In this document: in pieces, positions 58,796 through 64,000 of the stretch
Position numbering within the stretch: position 1 is the first letter of the stretch
How the letters are laid out: every line of letters starts with the position of its first letter
DNA from: Candidatus Avispirillum sp.
GTDB taxonomy: Bacteria; Bacillota; Clostridia; Oscillospirales; CAG-272
DNA length: 64,000 bases
Direction of reading: 5' to 3'
Assembly (NCBI GenBank): GCA_045641325.1
Contig: JAZUGU010000039.1
Location: forward strand, 219 to 64,218
The notes under the pieces: generated by a model
Told to the model about the DNA's origin: nothing
What the model saw: only the letters and a program-made list of their open reading frames with translations
Databases searched by the model: none
Translations under genes and position numbers: made by a program

Positions 58796-61198
58796 ATGAG
58801 ATACGATTTTAAAAACATAGAGCCGAAATGGCAGAAAAAATGGGAAGACGAAGGCGCTTTTAAGGCACACGATAACAGCGACAAGCCCAAGTTTTTCGGA
58901 CTTGTCGAGTTCCCTTATCCCAGCGGAGCAGGTATGCACGTAGGCCATATCAAGGCTTATTCCGGCCTTGAGGTCATTTCCCGCAAAAGAAGGATGGAGG
59001 GGTATAATGTCCTTTTTCCCATCGGATTTGACGCTTTCGGCCTGCCTACCGAGAACTACGCAATAAAAACCAATACACATCCGAGAATAGTGACCGATAA
59101 TAATATCGCAAAATTCTCAAGCCAGCTCAAAAGAGTAGGTTTTTCCTTTGACTGGGACAGAGTTGTCGATACCACCGAGGAAGGGTATTATAAATGGACT
59201 CAGTGGATATTCAGAAAAATGTTCGATAAAGGGCTCGTATTCAGAGATAAAGCTCTTGTCAACTATTGCCCCAGCTGTAAGGTCGTCCTTTCCAACGAGG
59301 ATTCCCAGGGCGGTAAATGCGATATCTGTCACAGCGACGTTATCCAGAAGTCAAAGGACGTATGGTATCTGAGGATCACCCAGTACGCCGATAAGCTCCT
59401 TGAAGGTCTGGAAGAGGTCGATTACCTGCCCAACGTAAAAATGCAGCAGGTCAACTGGATCGGTAAATCCACCGGTGCTTTCGTTAATTTCCCGGTAGTC
59501 GGTACCGATGAAAAGCTCACTGTATATACCACCCGTCCCGACACTCTGTTCGGAGTTACTTTCATGGTAATGGCTCCCGAGCATCCCATGCTTGATAAAT
59601 ACGCAGACAAGATCAGAAACTTTGAGGATGTCAAGGCATACAGAGCGGAATGCGCCAAGAAAACCGAGTTTGAGAGAACACAGCTCGTCAAGGATAAGAC
59701 CGGCGTGAAGCTCGACGGTTTCTCCGCGATCGATCCCGTAAACGGTAAAGAGATCCCCGTGTTTATTTCCGACTACGTAATGATGGGATACGGTACCGGC
59801 GCTATCATGGCAGTTCCCGCACACGACCAGAGAGACTACGAGTTCGCAAAGAAATTCGGTGTTGATATCATTCAGGTCATCAAGGGCGGTGACATCAGCG
59901 TCGAAGCGTATGCGGGTGACGGTGAGATGATCAATTCCGATTTCCTCAACGGATATACCAATAAAAAGGACTCTATCGAAAAGATGGTATCCGTTCTTGA
60001 AGAAAAAGGCATCGGAAAGGGCGGCGTCCAGTACAAGATGAAGGACTGGGCATTCAACCGTCAGCGTTACTGGGGCGAGCCTATCCCGATAGTTCATTGT
60101 GATATGTGCGGCATGGTGGGCGTTCCTTATGAAGAGCTCCCGCTCCGCCTCCCCGATATGGAGAATTTCGAGCCCGGTCAGGGCGGTGAAAGCCCGCTGG
60201 CAAAGCTTGAGAACTTCGTTAAGTGCAAGTGCCCCAAATGCGGTGCCGATGCACGCCGTGAAACTGATACCATGCCTCAGTGGGCAGGCTCTTCATGGTA
60301 TTACATGAGGTATATCGACCCTCATAACGACGAGGCTTTTGCAGATTATGACAAACTGAAATACTGGCTGCCCGTTGACTGGTATAACGGCGGTATGGAG
60401 CACGTGACACGTCATATGATCTATTCCCGTTTCTGGCATCATTTCCTTTACGATCTGGGTGTAGTGCCCACCGCAGAGCCTTATGCAAAGAGAACTGCAC
60501 AGGGACTTATCCTCGGCCCCGACGGCGAGAAGATGTCCAAGTCCAAGGGCAACGTAGTTGACCCCAACGACGTTGTTGATGAATTCGGCGCAGATGTTCT
60601 CCGCGTTTACGTTCTGTTCATGGGAGATTATGAAAAGGCGGCTCCCTGGTCCGAGGCGAGTGTCAGAGGCTGTAAGAGATTCCTTGACAGAGTTGCGGGA
60701 ATGACCGAGATCGCAAACGGACACGGTGTTACCCCCGAGCTGGAAAGCCTGTTCCACAAGACGATCAAAAAGGTTTCCTCCGATATTGAAAGCATGAAGT
60801 TCAATACCGGTATTGCCGCTCTCATGACACTTATCAACGAGATATATAACGTCGGTCATCTTACAGTCGATGAGCTGCAGACGTTTGTATCCCTGCTTTG
60901 CCCCTATGCTCCTCATATATCCGAGGAAATCTGGGAAATGACGGGCGGAAAGGGACTGCTTTCTCTCGGAAAGTGGCCCGAGTACGATGAGGCGAAGACT
61001 GTTGACGATACCATCGAGATCGCAGTACAGATCTGCGGCAAGGTGCGTTCCACCATCACCGTTTCCAAAGACATCGGAAAAGATGATGCGATCGCCACGG
61101 CAAAAGCAGATGAGAAGATCGCCGCTATGCTCGAGGGCAAGACCATTATCAAGGAAATTTACGTTCCCGGAAAGATAGTGAACATAGTTGCCAAGTAA
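58796..61198 (+). CDS. leuS: Leucine--tRNA ligase
   Basis: HIGH-type PSGAGMHVGH, KMSKS (GEKMSKSKGN) and the CP1 editing domain. Confidence 0.95.
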   Translation: MRYDFKNIEPKWQKKWEDEGAFKAHDNSDKPKFFGLVEFPYPSGAGMHVGHIKAYSGLEVISRKRRMEGYNVLFPIGFDAFGLPTENYAIKTNTHPRIVTDNNIAKFSSQLKRVGFSFDWDRVVDTTEEGYYKWTQWIFRKMFDKGLVFRDKALVNYCPSCKVVLSNEDSQGGKCDICHSDVIQKSKDVWYLRITQYADKLLEGLEEVDYLPNVKMQQVNWIGKSTGAFVNFPVVGTDEKLTVYTTRPDTLFGVTFMVMAPEHPMLDKYADKIRNFEDVKAYRAECAKKTEFERTQLVKDKTGVKLDGFSAIDPVNGKEIPVFISDYVMMGYGTGAIMAVPAHDQRDYEFAKKFGVDIIQVIKGGDISVEAYAGDGEMINSDFLNGYTNKKDSIEKMVSVLEEKGIGKGGVQYKMKDWAFNRQRYWGEPIPIVHCDMCGMVGVPYEELPLRLPDMENFEPGQGGESPLAKLENFVKCKCPKCGADARRETDTMPQWAGSSWYYMRYIDPHNDEAFADYDKLKYWLPVDWYNGGMEHVTRHMIYSRFWHHFLYDLGVVPTAEPYAKRTAQGLILGPDGEKMSKSKGNVVDPNDVVDEFGADVLRVYVLFMGDYEKAAPWSEASVRGCKRFLDRVAGMTEIANGHGVTPELESLFHKTIKKVSSDIESMKFNTGIAALMTLINEIYNVGHLTVDELQTFVSLLCPYAPHISEEIWEMTGGKGLLSLGKWPEYDEAKTVDDTIEIAVQICGKVRSTITVSKDIGKDDAIATAKADEKIAAMLEGKTIIKEIYVPGKIVNIVAK

Positions 61199-61221
61199 TT
61201 TAGAAAAAATAAAAATAATGC

Positions 61222-61250
61222 TTGACAATTAAGAAAATGTTGGATATAAT
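61222..61250 (+). promoter_or_regulatory. Promoter of rpsU
   Basis: TTGACA, 17 nt spacer, TATAAT. Confidence 0.55.
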
Positions 61251-61310
61251 AATACGGAAGTGCAATAGGGCACTTCGTTACGCGAAAAGCGAAGGGAGGG
61301 AAACAGAATA

Positions 61311-61487
61311 ATGGCAGAGATCAGAGTAAAAGAGAACGAGTCTCTTGACAGCGCGCTTCGTCGTTTCAAGCGTCAGTGCCAGAGATCCGGTATCCAGGCC
61401 GAGCTTCGCAAAAGAGAATGCTATGAAAAGCCCAGCGTAAAGAAAAAGAAGAAGTCTGAGGCAGCAAGAAAGCGTAAGTTCAAATAA
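61311..61487 (+). CDS. rpsU: 30S ribosomal protein S21 (58 aa; absent from the supplied ORF track)
   Basis: My translation is [68 protein letters not shown], promoter and terminator flank it. Confidence 0.9.
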   Translation: MAEIRVKENESLDSALRRFKRQCQRSGIQAELRKRECYEKPSVKKKKKSEAARKRKFK

Positions 61488-61491
61488 TCAA

Positions 61492-61523
61492 AAAGGGCTG
61501 ACCGAGGTCAGCCCTTGATTTTT
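61492..61523 (+). terminator. Intrinsic terminator after rpsU
   Basis: agggctgac-cgag-gtcagccct followed by tgattttt. Confidence 0.7.
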
Positions 61524-61533
61524 AGGTGGTACT

Positions 61534-62481
61534 ATGAAAGTAACATTGCTTGATGCCGCAACACTCGGGGACGATCTCGATCTTTCTCCCCTTGACCGTT
61601 TCGGTGAGGTCATAACTTATCCCACGTCCGCGCCGGATGAGATCGCAGAAAGAATAGGCGATTCGGATTTTGTTATCATCAATAAAACAAAGCTTAATGA
61701 AAAAACACTCGGAGCTGCACCGAATCTGAAGCTTATATGTATCGCCGCTACCGGATACGATAACGTGGATACGGAATATATGAGATCCCGTGGGATCGGT
61801 GTCTGCAACGTGGTAGGGTATTCTACCGACAGCGTGGCACAGCTTACCCTGTCAATGGCGCTGTCCCTTGCCACTCATCTCCCCGAATATAACGGCTTCG
61901 TGGAAAGCGGTGATTATACCGCAAGCGGCAACGCCAACCGCCTCACACCCGTGTTCCATGAGCTTGCCGGGAAAACGTGGGGAATTGTCGGCCTCGGCAA
62001 TATAGGCAAAAAAGTCGCCGTAACCGCAAAAGCTATGGGCTGCCGCGTTATTGCCAATAAGAGGACTCCCGATCCCGATTGGGAATGTGTTGACCTTGAC
62101 ACTCTCTGCAGAACGGCCGACGTTATATCCATCCATACACCGCTTAACGATTCAACCAGAGGCCTTGTGTCGGCAGAGAAGATAGCATTGATGAAAAAGG
62201 ATGCATTGGTCATCAACGTGGCGAGAGGTGCCGTGTGTGACGAAACGGTTCTGTGCGATGCGGTCCGTGAGGGAAGACTGGGAGGAATAGGCGTTGACGT
62301 GTATTCGAAAGAGCCTTTTGATGCAGACAGTCCCTATTATTCCGTCAAGGAAATGCCCAACGTGTGCCTGACTCCTCATATGGCATGGGGCTCGTACGAG
62401 GCAAGAGTGAGATGCCTTGAGGATATGATGAAGAGCATTGATTCATATCTTGCCGGAGAAAGATACTCAAGACTTGTATAA
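61534..62481 (+). CDS. D-isomer-specific 2-hydroxyacid dehydrogenase (glycerate/hydroxypyruvate reductase-like)
   Basis: NAD motif GIVGLGNIGKKVA and catalytic region NVARG...TPHMAW. Confidence 0.85.
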   Translation: MKVTLLDAATLGDDLDLSPLDRFGEVITYPTSAPDEIAERIGDSDFVIINKTKLNEKTLGAAPNLKLICIAATGYDNVDTEYMRSRGIGVCNVVGYSTDSVAQLTLSMALSLATHLPEYNGFVESGDYTASGNANRLTPVFHELAGKTWGIVGLGNIGKKVAVTAKAMGCRVIANKRTPDPDWECVDLDTLCRTADVISIHTPLNDSTRGLVSAEKIALMKKDALVINVARGAVCDETVLCDAVREGRLGGIGVDVYSKEPFDADSPYYSVKEMPNVCLTPHMAWGSYEARVRCLEDMMKSIDSYLAGERYSRLV

Positions 62482-62501
62482 AACCGTGCTTATCGGGAAA
62501 T

Positions 62502-62535
62502 AATACCGTACCAAATGAAAGGTACGGTATTTTTT
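62502..62535 (+). terminator. Intrinsic terminator
   Basis: aataccgtacc-aaatgaaa-ggtacggtatt followed by T5. Confidence 0.65.
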
Positions 62536-63141
62536 ATGAAAGTAAAAATCATTCTTGCTCTCTGTCTGTCATTTCTTATTGCATATTTAACTGTTTCTGT
62601 CGCACCGGTGAACGGTGAAGAAAAAGTGTATTCCGATATGATAAGACTGCACGTTATAGCAAATTCGGATAGCGATGAGGATCAGAATTTGAAATTGCGC
62701 GTTCGTGACAGGATACTTGATGAGATCGAAAAAATCAATGTCAGCGGCAGTAAAGAAGATGCGGAAAATAAACTGAAAGATAGTATTGAAAAAATCGAAT
62801 CTGCGGCACAGGAAGCAGTATATGAAAACGGATATGATTACAGCGTTTCGGCGGAATTGGGATATGAAACGTACCCGGAAAGGGAATATGACGGTTTTGT
62901 TTTGCCCGCAGGGAAGTATACGTCCATGAGAGTGATCATAGGCGAGGGAAACGGACATAACTGGTGGTGCGTATTGTATCCGCCGCTGTGCAGAACTGCG
63001 GCTGAAAAAAGAGAGGACGTATTTGTTGCGGCAGGATTTACGGAGGAGCAGTACAGGATAATAACGGAAACCGGTAAGACGAAATATAAGATCAAATTCA
63101 AAATTCTTGAGCTGTTCGAGGAACTTTTCGAAAGCAAATAA
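62536..63141 (+). CDS. spoIIR: Stage II sporulation protein R
   Basis: Signal peptide plus IRLHVIANSDSDEDQNLKLRVRD and WWCVLYPPLC motifs. The start is uncertain because 62515 lies inside the terminator hairpin. Confidence 0.85.
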   Translation: MKVKIILALCLSFLIAYLTVSVAPVNGEEKVYSDMIRLHVIANSDSDEDQNLKLRVRDRILDEIEKINVSGSKEDAENKLKDSIEKIESAAQEAVYENGYDYSVSAELGYETYPEREYDGFVLPAGKYTSMRVIIGEGNGHNWWCVLYPPLCRTAAEKREDVFVAAGFTEEQYRIITETGKTKYKIKFKILELFEELFESK

Positions 63142-63188
63142 TTAGAAGAAAAAATTGACAAAATAACGAAAAATCTTTAAAATAGTTA

Positions 63189-63217
63189 TTGACAAAGCGG
63201 GCTTGCCATGCTATAAT
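63189..63217 (+). promoter_or_regulatory. Promoter of the tRNA-Met/Glu pair
   Basis: TTGACA, 17 nt spacer, TATAAT. Confidence 0.55.
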
Positions 63218-63229
63218 GGTCAAGCGCGT

Positions 63230-63306
63230 GGCGGAATAGCTCAGCTGGCTAGAGCAATCGGTTCATACCCGATAGGTCGTGGGTTCAAGTCCAACTTCCG
63301 CTACCA
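63230..63306 (+). tRNA. tRNA with CAT anticodon (elongator Met or Ile2; not initiator-like)
   Basis: Hand fold. D-arm gctc/gagc, anticodon loop ttCATac, T-loop ttcaagt, CCA encoded. The fold has a G-U at 1:72 and one G-A mismatch in the T stem. Confidence 0.8.
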
Positions 63307-63308
63307 AA

Positions 63309-63383
63309 GGCCCGTTGGTCAAGAGGTTAAGACACCGCCCTTTCACGGCAGTAACGGGGGTTCGATTCCCCCACGGGTCACCA
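63309..63383 (+). tRNA. tRNA-Glu (anticodon TTC)
   Basis: ggcccgttggtcaag...cTTTCAc...gggggttcgattcccccacgggtcacca. One C-A mismatch in the anticodon stem. Lies 2 nt after the previous tRNA. Confidence 0.88.
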
Positions 63384-63439
63384 ACAAAAAAGACACCGAG
63401 AGGTGTCTTTTTTGTTGCCGTGGGGGAATCGAAAGGGCG
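63368..63439 (+). repeat. 72-nt direct repeat, copy 1 (tRNA-Glu 3' 16 nt + terminator + inverted T-arm copy)
   Basis: Identical to 63581-63652 except one base in the terminator loop (g/c). Confidence 0.9.
63386..63414 (+). terminator. Intrinsic terminator after tRNA-Glu
   Basis: aaaaaagacacc-gaga-ggtgtctttttt perfect 12-bp stem with U tract. Confidence 0.75.
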
Positions 63440-63464
63440 CCCGCATCGCGTAGCGGCGGCAAAC

Positions 63465-63485
63465 ACGCTCCGGTGGAGCGTTTTT
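63465..63485 (+). terminator. Second terminator-like hairpin
   Basis: acgctcc-ggtg-ggagcgt followed by T5 (the T tract begins inside the 3' arm). Confidence 0.45.
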
Positions 63486-63486
63486 A

Positions 63487-63596
63487 GCCCGTTGGGGCTG
63501 CACTGCACGCAGATCAGCACTATGGAAACGCCCGGGAAGAGCCGGGATAAATCCCGGCGTTAACGGTAATAAACGCCGTGCCCCCACGGGTCACCA
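63487..63596 (+). pseudogene. tRNA-Glu-derived element: tRNA-Glu 5' (gcccgttgg) and 3' (cccccacgggtcacca) termini around an unrelated 85-nt core
   Basis: The termini match the upstream tRNA-Glu. The D, anticodon and 5' T-stem sequences are absent. Confidence 0.4.
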
Positions 63597-63652
63597 ACAA
63601 AAAAGACACCGACAGGTGTCTTTTTTGTTGCCGTGGGGGAATCGAAAGGGCG
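63581..63652 (+). repeat. 72-nt direct repeat, copy 2
   Basis: 71/72 identity to 63368-63439, offset 213 nt. Contains a second copy of the terminator (63599-63627). Confidence 0.9.
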
Positions 63653-63697
63653 TTCAATTCACTACCGCACCCCTTCAAGTCCTCACATATTCTCAAA

Positions 63698-63733
63698 ATC
63701 AAAACGAGACAGGCAAAAGCCTGTCTCGTTTTG
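63698..63733. terminator. Terminator of tRNA-Leu (bidirectional hairpin)
   Basis: aaaacgagacaggc-aaaa-gcctgtctcgtttt, a 14-bp perfect stem. Confidence 0.75.
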
Positions 63734-63734
63734 A

Positions 63735-63821
63735 TGGTGCGGGTAAGAGGACTTGAACCTCCACCGAGTTGCCCCGACTAGAACCTGAATCTAGCGCGTC
63801 TGCCAATTCCGCCATACCCGC
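63735..63821 (-). tRNA. tRNA-Leu (anticodon CAG), class II long variable arm
   Basis: Reverse complement is gcgggtatggcggaattggcagacgcgctagattCAGgttctag...ggaggttcaagtcctcttacccgcacca. Confidence 0.93.
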
Positions 63822-63841
63822 ATATCTTAGCGACGAGTGAT

Positions 63842-63870
63842 ATTATATCCTGTTGCGGAATGGTTGTCAA
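63842..63870 (-). promoter_or_regulatory. Promoter of tRNA-Leu
   Basis: Minus strand TTGACA, 17 nt spacer, TATAAT. Confidence 0.55.
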
Positions 63871-63935
63871 CAAGAATTTTTGACTCCGCCGGCCGTGACC
63901 GGACGGAAAAACGCCCTTCATCCGCCCAAGAAAGG

Positions 63936-63975
63936 GAACCGCCTCCTCCCGGAGGAGGAAGCGGCGTTTTTTGTC
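63936..63975. terminator. GC-rich hairpin with T6 tail near the window end (owner gene unknown)
   Basis: ccgcctcct-cccgg-aggaggaagcgg followed by cgtttttt. No upstream plus-strand gene is in view, so it may serve a minus-strand gene beyond the window. Confidence 0.35.
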
Positions 63976-64000
63976 TATTGGCGCTGCAGATGCTGGCGGA

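Noticed and set aside
58175-61228. Several 250-310-aa ORFs antisense to the LCP, rsfS and leuS genes (58175-59080, 59351-60097, 60293-61228)
   Set aside because: All lie inside strongly supported plus-strand genes. The same holds for antisense ORFs opposite asnA, tig, lepB, gap, UPF0210, topA, trmFO, the radical SAM gene and the permeases.
62515-62535. Upstream ATG for spoIIR
   Set aside because: It lies inside the terminator hairpin of the preceding gene. ATG 62536 gives a normal signal peptide. The start remains somewhat uncertain because neither has a strong RBS.
63368-63652. Integrated mobile element bounded by tRNA-Glu att repeats
   Set aside because: Only 141 nt lie between the repeats and they encode nothing. 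No integrase or excisionase is in the window, and the repeats extend 56 nt beyond the tRNA end. It is kept as a scar or structured-repeat hypothesis in the findings rather than called a mobile element.
63203-63781. Five 60-94-aa ORFs across the tRNA cluster
   Set aside because: They run through tRNA genes, terminators and repeats. The translations are Arg/Gly/Pro-rich noise with no RBS.

Overview
This 64 kb window looks like core chromosome of a spore-forming Firmicute. The Clostridia/Oscillospiraceae-like assignment is my inference from spoIIR, spoVB, GH94 phosphorylase and overall gene order. About 60 protein genes are packed with short gaps or 1-4 nt start/stop overlaps.

Recognisable blocks:
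- rpsF-ssb-rpsR.
- Two NodB-type deacetylases.
- asnA.
- An xpt plus BMP/ABC nucleoside-uptake block.
- tig-clpP-clpX.
- lepB-ylqF-rnhB-yraN-thrC.
- gap.
- infC-rpmI-rplT behind an L20-leader-like attenuator.
- dprA-topA-trmFO-plsX-rnc-radical SAM-smc-ftsY-rdgB-yhbY-yqeK-(2 x LCP)-rsfS-leuS.
- rpsU, which is too short for the ORF track.
- spoIIR.
- Five tRNA genes: Trp, Val, Met/Ile2-CAT, Glu, Leu.

I saw no CRISPR array, transposase, integrase, restriction or toxin-antitoxin genes, so most of the window is ordinary. Three places deserve a second look:
1. A seven-gene operon (about 6.7-11.2 kb) combines two paralogous STAS domains with uridine phosphorylase, the c-di-AMP receptor DarA, a TIM-barrel protein and a split ChrA transporter. 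One STAS domain is fused to an APH-fold kinase.
2. A 944-aa membrane sensor fuses a LytS-type 5TM domain, HAMP, a PP2C/SpoIIE phosphatase and an RsbW-type GHKL kinase. It is a likely partner for those STAS proteins.
3. A tRNA-fragment-rich intergenic region (63.36-63.76 kb) holds a 72-nt direct repeat, long interrupted palindromes that embed tRNA T-arms and terminators, and a 110-nt element with tRNA-Glu termini.

All functional calls rest on motif recognition in the translations. No database search was run.
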